From a virus (lineage: Duplodnaviria; Caudoviricetes): 63,934 bases of DNA. Both the position numbers and the translations under genes were made by a program. Below are positions 1-8,026 of the stretch, piece by piece; within the stretch, counting starts at the first letter, position 1; each line of letters opens with the position of its first letter. The DNA is taken from IMG/VR virus record IMGVR_UViG_3300019360_000003, positions 1 to 63,934 of that record. One strand, 5' to 3'. The notes under the pieces were generated by a model, which saw only the letters and a program-made list of their open reading frames with translations, searched no databases and was not told the DNA's origin.

Positions 1-123
1 CCTAGACATAGAAGATAACGTTAAAGCGCGAGCGGCCTTTTACCTGCTGGATGAAATTCGCGCTCTGCAACAAAGCGGCTTCGATGCTGACAAAATCGTT
101 GACGCGTTGATAGAGAAAGCGGA
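1..123 (+). repeat. Terminal direct repeat, copy 1 (circular overlap)
   Basis: Identical to 63812-63934 (cctagacata...gaaagcgga). Confidence 0.97.
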
Positions 124-189
124 TAGCAGACTGAAGCCGGTTTGTGCGGCTGGAGAGATTTCAATGTGAACCTGGCAAGCAAACCTATT

Positions 190-1525
190 CTCGGGCTCTC
201 GACGTCGAGAAGGCCGAAGAGGACGCGCTCCGTGTAGCGGCTACGGGGCGGCGGAGCGGGCGGAAGAAATAATTTTGCGCTCGCCCGTCTCCACTCCGTC
301 CGCTCGCTCAGTCGCTCGCAGGACTTTGCTGCCGAGGGTGGCGGCTCGTTCACGGCCCTATCCAGGGCGCGCTCTCTCGCAGGCGGCGCAAATACGCGCT
401 CAACCTTGAGGCGCTGAGCCCGCATGACCGCCAGAAGATCGCGGACGCCTTGTGGGCGATCGTGCTGGAGCTCGCGGGAGAGCAATTGCTCACCCCTGCG
501 GAGCTGGAGATCTTGAAGCGTGAGGGGGCAAGCGCTCTCTCATCTTGCGGTTAATTGGTGAGGTGGAGAGCGCCCCGGCCTGGAATCTGATCGAATCACC
601 GGCAAGGCGTAGCTGGCGACGTCGGGGCGCGGCGCACAGATAGAGAAAATCACGTCGCGCTCCGATTTGTCCCACGACGAACCAGGCGCGCAGGGGCCTG
701 GAGGAGCCGGCTGGAGAGCGGCTCCGAACTGCGGGGATGCGGGATCGAGCGATCCCGATAGGCTGGGAGCGCGGCAAAGAGTCCCGATGCCGCTCAGGCT
801 GGCGATTCTTCGGCGCGTATAAGACGATCAGAGCGCTTGGCTTGGAGCGCGGCGTGTCTCGGGTTTTTGACATTTGAGTTTTGACATTGCCAGCGTGGGT
901 CGCTGGCGATCCGGGCGCAGGGTATTTCCGTATGGGGCGGGACTGCGCCCGGTTGGTGAGGGTCGGAATTTGTAGAGAGATTCCGGCTTCCAGGGCGCGT
1001 GGGACGAACGCTCGTCCCGTGCGCTCTGGCCTTCGCTGCGGTCGGCAACGACGACCGCAGAGCCTGTCTGCGGGGACAGGCTGTAGCTGCCCGGACGCGG
1101 CGCTCTGGCTGAGGACGTGTTGATTGGCGCCGCGTCCGGGGTTTTTGAAAATTCTGCAATTCTTCGAACTCCGCAACCCTATGGCGTCTCGTAGGGGATC
1201 GGTCGCAATGATCCTCGGAGCGTTCCATCGCGAACGACGAGGGGAGTGATAGCGATGTAGCGCAAGTGGGAGGCAGAGACGCGAAGCGGAGTCGCATGCC
1301 GTGATCCCGTACACGGGATCGAGGTTGCGAGGGCGCCGATGATTCACTGGACAAGGACCGGCCGACAGAGATCGGCTGCCTCACACCCGCCAAGAACCGC
1401 AATGGGCCCCCTCACCCACAGAGGGTTGCGCGATCTGGACAGGTGGTGACGCGAGGCGCGCAGCCTCTCGCAACTGAAATTAAGGAGAGTACCGGCATCT
1501 GATTTTGCGGGCGCGAGCCTGCCTA
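190..1525 (+). ncRNA. Candidate large structured RNA or leader: array of tandem hairpins
   Basis: At least 13 stems, e.g. 621-634/653-666, 886-895/901-910, 911-920/943-952, 990-1007/1012-1029, 1036-1044/1052-1060, 1061-1068/1075-1082, 1090-1103/1127-1140. Non-Watson-Crick pairs are G-T on the + strand. No convincing ORF. Confidence 0.55.
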
Positions 1526-1535
1526 GGAGGGCTTT

Positions 1536-1751
1536 ATGTTGGTGATCTTTCTTTTCGTGTTTTTTTTCTCGCTGATCATCGCGCTTGGAATGCTGGGGGT
1601 GAGCTTGATGATTGACGATTGGCCTGAATCAAGATCTGCGGCGATACCGCAGCCGCAGCCAGGAGGCTCCACGCCTCCGCCCGCTGGCGCCGTTTCGGGG
1701 CAAAAAGGCGCGGCGCCAAACAAGACCGGGGACGTTTCCAGAACCGCATGA
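1536..1751 (+). CDS. Small membrane protein (1 N-terminal TM)
   Basis: AGGAGG RBS; hydrophobic N-terminus. The 3' half overlaps further hairpins. Confidence 0.5.
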   Translation: MLVIFLFVFFFSLIIALGMLGVSLMIDDWPESRSAAIPQPQPGGSTPPPAGAVSGQKGAAPNKTGDVSRTA

Positions 1752-2020
1752 CCGCTTGCGTCCCCGGTCAATTTCCCGCCACGGCTTTGGGGCGGTTGGC
1801 CGCGGCGGACTGGTTGAAGCGCGCCGCCGAAGGAAAGAGTGAAATGGAGAAAGAGAAAATCGAAAAGCTCCAGGCCGTGATCAGCGGCGCGATCGTGAGC
1901 GCCGTGAATCTCGCCGCCGGGGAGGGAGTGGGGCAGGCCCTATTGGCCGCCACGCAGATCAAGCTCAGGCCTCGCAGGCCGGCGTCGAAAGCTCAGGCGC
2001 CGAAGCCGGCCAAGGCCTAA
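1748..2020 (+). CDS. Hypothetical protein (start may be the internal ATG of MEKEK)
   Basis: ATGA overlap with the upstream ORF; protein-like central part. Confidence 0.4.
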   Translation: MTACVPGQFPATALGRLAAADWLKRAAEGKSEMEKEKIEKLQAVISGAIVSAVNLAAGEGVGQALLAATQIKLRPRRPASKAQAPKPAKA

Positions 2021-2148
2021 CAAGCTTCGCGCGCGTCGCGACGCTCTTTCATAACGATCAAACGCTGAAGTCTACGAGCGTGCGATTCTTCGTTTGGACT
2101 GGCAGGGGCCAGTAGGCGGCGCGCGTGAAATAACTATAGAGGGAGATA

Positions 2149-2817
2149 GTGATGACCGAACAAGATGGAATTGATTTGATTAGCGTGCTCGGTGAGATCA
2201 GGCAATCGCTCGCATTGATCGCTGGCGCAATGGCCTCGGCTCCGGACATTCGGGAGCCGATTCAGAATTACTCGACCTTTGATTGGTCGTCTATCGGAGC
2301 CGAGGTATTGCGGAACGACCAGGACGGGCCGAGCGTCGTCCGTTGGAACGGCAAGATCTTCAAGCGCCGCTCCCCTTCGAATAAATTCGCGCCATCGATC
2401 TGGTTCTCGCGCTGTGTCGGGAAAGCGGAGGATGGCGCGAATTTATACGAGACGCTGATCTCCTTCGACATAATCTCGGACGACGTAGAGCCGGTCAATC
2501 CGAAGGCGCGCGCGCTGGCGTTCGCGAACGCCACGAAGAGCGACGGCCTCAACGATCTAAGGCCAAACCTGGAGGCGCTCGCCGAACGCTTATACAGGGA
2601 GGGGCGCGTCACGAAGACCGGGGCGAGCTACTCCGTCAAACCGAATGGCCCGGTGACCTACTCCGTCACGAGAGGCGCTTCCGGCAATGCCATCTGCAAT
2701 TGCGAGCGATACGAGGCGGGATCGGCTTCCGACCCGAAATTCCGTTGTGAGCACGTGCTTGCAGTGAAACTCTTCGCCGCGCAAGCTGAGAGGGAAGCAA
2801 GCCGGAAGGCGGCGTAA
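2149..2817 (+). CDS. DdrB-like ssDNA-binding/annealing protein fused to a SWIM zinc finger
   Basis: FDWSSIGA...KIFKRR...PSIWFSR...DG..YETL..F resembles Deinococcus DdrB motifs as recalled; C-terminal CNC-x(14)-CEH is SWIM-like. Confidence 0.65.
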   Translation: MMTEQDGIDLISVLGEIRQSLALIAGAMASAPDIREPIQNYSTFDWSSIGAEVLRNDQDGPSVVRWNGKIFKRRSPSNKFAPSIWFSRCVGKAEDGANLYETLISFDIISDDVEPVNPKARALAFANATKSDGLNDLRPNLEALAERLYREGRVTKTGASYSVKPNGPVTYSVTRGASGNAICNCERYEAGSASDPKFRCEHVLAVKLFAAQAEREASRKAA

Positions 2818-2944
2818 TCGGCTTTCCGCGGTGAGATTGGGCGCTTGGTAGCCGCGGAACGCACGAAGCGCTTTTGGAACCTATCTAACGAGATGGGAGC
2901 GAGGGAGGAATCGCTCGCTCCCACTGTATCCTCACGAGGTAACC

Positions 2945-3487
2945 ATGCCGCAAGAATACGCGCCGGCGCCTGACGTCGAAGAGGTCGCTCGCGACCTCAT
3001 AGATTCTTATCACTCTCACCTGGCGAGCGTCAGGATTGATTTCGTTTTCGTGAGCGAGTCCCTGAAGGAGAAGGGAAAGCTTGTATGGGGCCGCGCCAAA
3101 AAGGTTGGCGGCCTCAACGCTTGGCTGGCGTCGGAGACCAGAAGGCCGGACGCTATACAGCCACAAGAATTCTTTGTGGTTGAGATCGACCGCAAGGTGT
3201 GGGGGCAACTCGACGACAAATGCAGGAGGGCGCTCGTAGATCACGAGCTGACGCATCTGGACGTCGATATAGACACAAGCAAGCTCTCGATCCGCCCGCA
3301 CGATCTCGAAGAATTTAATTCAATCGTCCGCCGCTACGGCCTTTGGCGCGACGATGTCCAGTTGTTCATCGAGGCCGCCAAAGACGAGCGGAAACTGTTT
3401 GAGACCAGGATCGAGCGAATCATCGAGCGAATCAACGAGGGGGCGCTGGGGCCTGAAGTGTCGGCCTCACGCGTGAGCGCCGGATGA
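2945..3487 (+). CDS. Putative phage metallopeptidase
   Basis: ALVDHELTH (HExxH) and PHDLEEFxxIVRRYG motifs. Confidence 0.8.
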   Translation: MPQEYAPAPDVEEVARDLIDSYHSHLASVRIDFVFVSESLKEKGKLVWGRAKKVGGLNAWLASETRRPDAIQPQEFFVVEIDRKVWGQLDDKCRRALVDHELTHLDVDIDTSKLSIRPHDLEEFNSIVRRYGLWRDDVQLFIEAAKDERKLFETRIERIIERINEGALGPEVSASRVSAG

Positions 3488-3537
3488 TCAACTCAAACCC
3501 CAATACAGGAGTTTGAATCTAGCTAAGCAGGACATCC

Positions 3538-3963
3538 ATGATTGAAATCATTCAAAAACTCGACCACCTGGCCGCGCTCTACGCGCGCCGCAACCGTCTG
3601 GAGGCCGCCCGCGCCGAGGCGCTCGACTCGATTCTGACCGACGAGCAGCGCGAACGCGTTCGCGAGATTGATACCGAATTCGCCGAGTTCCAGTCGCGGC
3701 TCGGTCCTGAGATCGATGTCGCCGAGCGAGAGGCGAGAGAGGCTGTGTTGCTGCGCGGCGAGAGTGTGAAGGGCGTCGGCGTCCACGCGATCTATCGCCA
3801 CGGCGCGATCAAGTGGAATAGCGACGCGCTGGTCGGCTACGCGAAGGCTGGACATATGGAGATTTTAAGCTTCGCGTCCGAGGGCAAACCTTCGGTCGCG
3901 CTGAAGGAGCTGGGGAAGACTGAGCGCGCGGAGGCCGCGCCTTTTTCTGTTACGGTGGCGTGA
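3538..3963 (+). CDS. Coiled-coil protein, possibly Gam/gp157-like
   Basis: Helical N-half, beta-rich C-half ending GKPSVALK; early-operon position. Confidence 0.5.
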   Translation: MIEIIQKLDHLAALYARRNRLEAARAEALDSILTDEQRERVREIDTEFAEFQSRLGPEIDVAEREAREAVLLRGESVKGVGVHAIYRHGAIKWNSDALVGYAKAGHMEILSFASEGKPSVALKELGKTERAEAAPFSVTVA

Positions 3964-4203
3964 ATGCCGGAGGTCCTGGACCCGAAAAAGCGAGACCTGA
4001 TCTTCGAGGTCGCGACGCTGATCGACCGGCTGCTGCCAGTGATCTCCGCGCTGCGCGAGAACGAGGCGGATTTCCTCCGGTCGCTCAACGCGAAGGTGGA
4101 GCGGTACGGAGTGGAAGCCTTCGTCAGCGCGGCGCAACTGAATTGGCTTCGGGATCTGGAGAAGAGATACGCGCCAGACCCGCGGCAGGAGAGTTTGTTT
4201 TGA
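3964..4203 (+). CDS. Hypothetical protein
   Basis: Abuts the upstream stop; protein-like composition. Confidence 0.65.
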   Translation: MPEVLDPKKRDLIFEVATLIDRLLPVISALRENEADFLRSLNAKVERYGVEAFVSAAQLNWLRDLEKRYAPDPRQESLF

Positions 4204-4205
4204 GT

Positions 4206-4805
4206 ATGCGAATCTCTGAAAACTGGGACTTCGATCTGCTGAAGCTTATTCCGCAGGCGGAAGCCATTCTCGCGCCGGTGGCTGACGCGCAGCTGGTGAC
4301 GATCGGGAGCGCCGATCGGGAAGGCCGGCTCGAACATCCGTCGGTCTGGAATCACGAGCGCGGGATGGTGGCCTTCTTCGGCCTCCTCGACGGCATGGGC
4401 CGGTCTTCCGGGGTGAACACATGGAAGCCGCCCATTTATTCGACCGAGCAGCCGATCGTCACTTGCTCGGCGCTCGAGGCCTTCGCCGACGCCTGGGCGC
4501 ATGGCTATTTGCTTTGCGTCGAACACGAGATGATCTGGGATGCCTACAAATTCCGAAACCTGCTGATGTCCTTGATGTATGACGCGCGCGGTTATAAGGG
4601 CTACGCGCTCCCGGAGCAGCTCCGGCGAGAAAAACAAAACCGCGTGGCGAAAAATCTTAGGTTGGCCGTCGGCCGGCTCGAAGATCTCATCGAGCGAGTC
4701 GAGACCGTCACCGGTATTGAAATCCCAATGAAGACGGCCGGGAGCGGGGCCGCGGAGCGATCCACGGCCGGGTCGAGCGATCAATCCGATAGTCCGCACT
4801 TGTAA
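4206..4805 (+). CDS. Hypothetical protein (MRISENWDF...)
   Basis: Realistic start inside the 3960..4805 ORF, just after the upstream stop. Confidence 0.65.
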   Translation: MRISENWDFDLLKLIPQAEAILAPVADAQLVTIGSADREGRLEHPSVWNHERGMVAFFGLLDGMGRSSGVNTWKPPIYSTEQPIVTCSALEAFADAWAHGYLLCVEHEMIWDAYKFRNLLMSLMYDARGYKGYALPEQLRREKQNRVAKNLRLAVGRLEDLIERVETVTGIEIPMKTAGSGAAERSTAGSSDQSDSPHL

Positions 4806-4810
4806 GGGCT

Positions 4811-5065
4811 TGCCTCGCGCTCGCTGTAGCTGGCAACGGACGAGCGCTGAAACGCCGGAGCGGTAGCGGCTCCACGCGAAGATGGAGGGCTGAAATGCCA
4901 GACCTGTCCGGCTATTAAACAATGCGAGCCGGCACAAGCCGACGGACGGCCGCGAAGCGTCGCGGTAAGCCATCAGCGATGGCGCGCCAATGGGGCGTGA
5001 CGTCCGGCGGAAGTGGACCGAGGGAATCAGGGCTGGCGGCAGGCTACCAGGCCGCCGGCGAATAA
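4811..5065 (+). ncRNA. Second hairpin cluster, upstream of the replication gene
   Basis: Stems 4817-4823/4841-4847, 4908-4913/4927-4932, 4949-4955/4960-4966, 4969-4974/4978-4983, 5032-5040/5051-5059 in a 300-bp intergenic gap. Confidence 0.4.
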
Positions 5066-5105
5066 GCATAGGGAGCGATAAATATCAGAGAGGTGTGAGG
5101 CAAGC

Positions 5106-6299
5106 TTGTCCAACAAAGTCAGCGGTAAAGTCTGGGAATTGGATTTGGATCCCATTGACAAGCTAGTGCTCTTAGCGCTGGCCGATCACGCGGATCATGA
5201 GGGGAACAACGTGCGACCAGGGAACGATCTGATGTGCGCAAAAACCGGTCTGAGCGAGCGCACAATCGGCAAGAAGATCGAGAAATTCATTCAACTTGGG
5301 ATCCTCATCCCTGTGCGTTTAAGCGCCGGGCCGGGCAAGTTCCGGGAGTTTTCTCTCGTGGCTGACCACCTCCCCCGCCACGAACTCTTCATCAAGAGAG
5401 ACCTGAAAAAGGTCGAACCGCGTTCGACTGTTCACAAACAAACAGTCGAACGCGGTTCGACTGTTAAGGGTCCGAAGTCGCCTAAATCGCGCTCGACAAC
5501 TCGACAAAGAACAGTCGAACCTGGTTCGACTGTTCCGTCGAACCCCATTCGACCGTTCACAGAGAAACAGTCGAACCTGGCGCAACCAACGGTCGAACCT
5601 GGCGCGCTAACGGTCGAACCTGGCGCCGATTCGCATGATAAGGAACGCGCGCGCGTTCTGAACCGTCATGAACCGTCATGTGAACCGTCAGAAGAAGAAG
5701 CCGCTCCTCCTCCCTTCGACAACTTCGCCGATCCTCTCTCCGAACTCGCATCCGCTATCGCGACTGTAATGGGTCTTCCCGCCGCGCCGGAAGGCGATGC
5801 CGCGGCGCCGATCAACGAAGCGGCGTCCGAGTTCCTGGCGGCCGGCTTGACCCCATCGGCTGTCTCCGAGTTCGAGGAGGATTTTTACCGCCGCAAAAAC
5901 CAACAGGGCAAAAAGTACGTCCTCACGCTCAAGATCCTCCGCGAGGATCTGCCTGGCTGGTCACGCGCCAATCGTATGCGACAGGTCGCCTCTCGCGCCG
6001 GCGCGAATGGCGCCGCGAAAGAAACCCAGAGCCTCGACCCGCAACCCCCTCGACCCAGAGTCGGCCAATGGGGCCAAGCGCTCACCCTGCTCGACACCCT
6101 GATCGGCTCTGACGCTGTCGCCGCATGGTTCGCGCCGCTCGAATTCCTCGGCGTCGAAGACGCTCAGGTTCGGTTGCGGTGCCCCGACGCCGTCTTCCGC
6201 GACTGGATCGAACGGAATTATTCAGCGCAGCTCGCCGACGCGCTGCGCGAGGTTGGACTGGGAGGCCGCGCGGTTTTCGAGATTGGAGGCTTATCGTGA
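5106..6299 (+). CDS. Phage replication initiator (N-terminal HTH, C-terminal DnaA N-terminal-like domain)
   Basis: KLVLLALADHAD...KTGLSERT HTH; internal DNA repeats; C-terminal WFAPL...VRLRCPDAVFRDWIERNY resembles DnaA domain I. Confidence 0.85.
   Translation: MSNKVSGKVWELDLDPIDKLVLLALADHADHEGNNVRPGNDLMCAKTGLSERTIGKKIEKFIQLGILIPVRLSAGPGKFREFSLVADHLPRHELFIKRDLKKVEPRSTVHKQTVERGSTVKGPKSPKSRSTTRQRTVEPGSTVPSNPIRPFTEKQSNLAQPTVEPGALTVEPGADSHDKERARVLNRHEPSCEPSEEEAAPPPFDNFADPLSELASAIATVMGLPAAPEGDAAAPINEAASEFLAAGLTPSAVSEFEEDFYRRKNQQGKKYVLTLKILREDLPGWSRANRMRQVASRAGANGAAKETQSLDPQPPRPRVGQWGQALTLLDTLIGSDAVAAWFAPLEFLGVEDAQVRLRCPDAVFRDWIERNYSAQLADALREVGLGGRAVFEIGGLS
5410..5626. repeat. Iteron-like repeats, probable replication origin
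   Basis: About 7 copies of GTCGAAC, four as palindromes or near-palindromes (e.g. ACAGTCGAACgcgGTTCGACTGT), inside the initiator gene as in lambda O. Confidence 0.75.
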
Positions 6300-6727
6300 T
6301 CGAAGACGTTTACGGCGAACTGACCAAAAAGCTCGAGGACTTGGCTCCCGCGTACTCTCTGCGACTCGACGCCGGCGAGCTGGAGGCCTACCGCGTCGAG
6401 CTGGCCCGATTTCCGCTCGCGGTCGCGCTCGTCGCGCTGGACGCCGCGCCGCTGATCTTCCCGGCGGTTTTCCCGAGCCTCGATGAGATGGTGGATCTGT
6501 GCGAGCGAATCGCGTCCGCGGCCCCGAGACTCGTCCAGGATCTCGCGCTGGTCGCCGAGTGTGAGCACGAGTACCGCTTCGAGCCCGAGCCGGAAGGCGG
6601 TTTGTATTCCGGCTTCGACGTTTGCTGCAAGTGCGGCCGCGCGAAGCCTCGCGTTAACGAGGCCCCGCCGCCGGTCCAACTGGAATATTTCCGGATGGCC
6701 GTGAATCCGCAGGGGAGGGAAAACTGA
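6296..6727 (+). CDS. Replication-associated protein (possible helicase loader/inhibitor-like), with CxxC
   Basis: GTGA coupling to the initiator; FPSLDEM motif; positional inference. Confidence 0.5.
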   Translation: MIEDVYGELTKKLEDLAPAYSLRLDAGELEAYRVELARFPLAVALVALDAAPLIFPAVFPSLDEMVDLCERIASAAPRLVQDLALVAECEHEYRFEPEPEGGLYSGFDVCCKCGRAKPRVNEAPPPVQLEYFRMAVNPQGREN

Positions 6728-7068
6728 TGGCGACCGCGCTACGAGCCGCGGACATCGAGTCCCAATACGAGGCTGCGAAAGGCTCCCTTCACGCCCTGGT
6801 CATCGAGCGAGCGCGCCGGATTGTCGAAGAGCCCGATCTCTATTTCGCCCCGGAACAGCGCGACCGCGAGCTGATCTGGCAAATATGGGCGCGCTGGCGA
6901 GAGTTCGCCGCGCTCCACGCGCAATACCTATCCACGCGCGGCGAATACCTGATGCTCGGCTGTCTCATCGGCGAGCACAAAAAATGCAGGCGCGAGATCG
7001 TTCGCGCCGGCGCGCGATTGGTTTGCGGTTGCGCGTGTCATAAAACCCAAGGAGGAACCAATGAATGA
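6727..7068 (+). CDS. Hypothetical protein with a Cys/His-rich C-terminus
   Basis: Coupled ORF; CxxxxHxxC...CGCACH. Confidence 0.65.
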   Translation: MATALRAADIESQYEAAKGSLHALVIERARRIVEEPDLYFAPEQRDRELIWQIWARWREFAALHAQYLSTRGEYLMLGCLIGEHKKCRREIVRAGARLVCGCACHKTQGGTNE

Positions 7069-7990
7069 ATTGATCGAAGCGACCCAACCCGAAGTCGTCG
7101 GTCAGCACGCGCTCTTCGATTACGCGCAGCTCGACCACGACACGCAGATTGCGATCCGGATCAAGACCAGCGAGATCAAATCGCTGGCCAAGCGGATGGC
7201 GGGCGACGTGGTGGAGATCGGCGGGAAGTTGGCCGAGGTGAAGGATCATCTGGGCGGCAACGGCCGCTTCAATGACTGGCTGTCGGCGGAGCTGGGCTGG
7301 AGCGAGCGCACGGCGTACAACTTCATTGCTGTTTGGCAGAAGTTCGGCGCCGCAAATTTTGCGCTGGAGAACGTGGCTACGTCGGCCCTGTATTTACTCG
7401 CCGCGCCGTCTACGCCGGCGGAGGCTGTGGAGTCGGCCAAGCGGATCGCTGAGGAGGGCGGGGAGGTCACGCACGCCGTGGCGAAGGCTATAGTCGAGGA
7501 GGCGAAGCAGGCGCGGCGCGCCAATACCAGGCCGGAGCTCTTCGCGGTGGAAGACGAGGAGCGCGAAGCCGATCAGGAGTCCGCTGAAGCCGCGCCTGCG
7601 GAGCCCGCCGAGGCGTCCAGCGCTGAGAGGCCGCGGGATGCGACGGACAAGACGAACACCAAAGAGATCGAAGCCGCCTGGCGCAAGCATGGCGTCATGG
7701 TCACGATCCAGCTCCTGCCAGCCAAGCACACCGAGCGCCAAGCGATGGTCACGGTTCGCGCCGGCGACCTGGAGCCGCTGAGCAAGGTGAAGCCCGAATC
7801 GGAAGTCATCTTCGTGGGCGCATTGCTTGAGCTGATCGAGCAGTACAAGCGCGAGCTGCCGGCGAAGATAGCAAATCGCAAGCCGGCGCCGAAGACCCCT
7901 GCGAAGTCTTCAGCGAAGCCCGCGCCCAAGGCCGCGGGTAAACAAGCCCCCAAGTCGGCTAAACAAAAACCCGCGAAAGCGCGCAAATAA
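7061..7990 (+). CDS. DUF3102-domain protein with a PRTRC protein E-like C-terminus
   Basis: EIGGKLAEVK...FNDWL..ELGWSERTAYNFI...SALYLLAAPSTP is typical of DUF3102; C-terminal domain plus Lys/Ala/Pro tail. Confidence 0.7.
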   Translation: MNELIEATQPEVVGQHALFDYAQLDHDTQIAIRIKTSEIKSLAKRMAGDVVEIGGKLAEVKDHLGGNGRFNDWLSAELGWSERTAYNFIAVWQKFGAANFALENVATSALYLLAAPSTPAEAVESAKRIAEEGGEVTHAVAKAIVEEAKQARRANTRPELFAVEDEEREADQESAEAAPAEPAEASSAERPRDATDKTNTKEIEAAWRKHGVMVTIQLLPAKHTERQAMVTVRAGDLEPLSKVKPESEVIFVGALLELIEQYKRELPAKIANRKPAPKTPAKSSAKPAPKAAGKQAPKSAKQKPAKARK

Positions 7991-8026
7991 CCGGGCGCTA
8001 TTAAACAAACACGAAGGAGAGTAACG

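Noticed and set aside
1-123. Biological terminal repeat of the virion DNA
   Set aside because: Cannot be distinguished from assembler overlap, and it falls inside an ORF; treated only as evidence of circularity.
340-554. Protein-like + frame (…RKYALNLEALSPHDRQKIADALW…SSCG*)
   Set aside because: No ATG, GTG or TTG between the upstream in-frame stop and the protein-like part. It may be a remnant or use a non-canonical start, so it was not called, but it makes the 5' boundary of the RNA candidate uncertain.
21-1402. Long minus-strand ORFs (21..485, 490..1347, 794..1402)
   Set aside because: Arg/Pro/Ser-rich translations, mutually overlapping and antisense to the operon; typical high-GC shadow frames.
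190-1525. CRISPR mini-array, tRNA cluster or intron as explanation of the hairpins
   Set aside because: Stems share no repeated sequence, there are no T-loop/CCA cloverleaf signatures, and no interrupted gene or intron-encoded protein is present.
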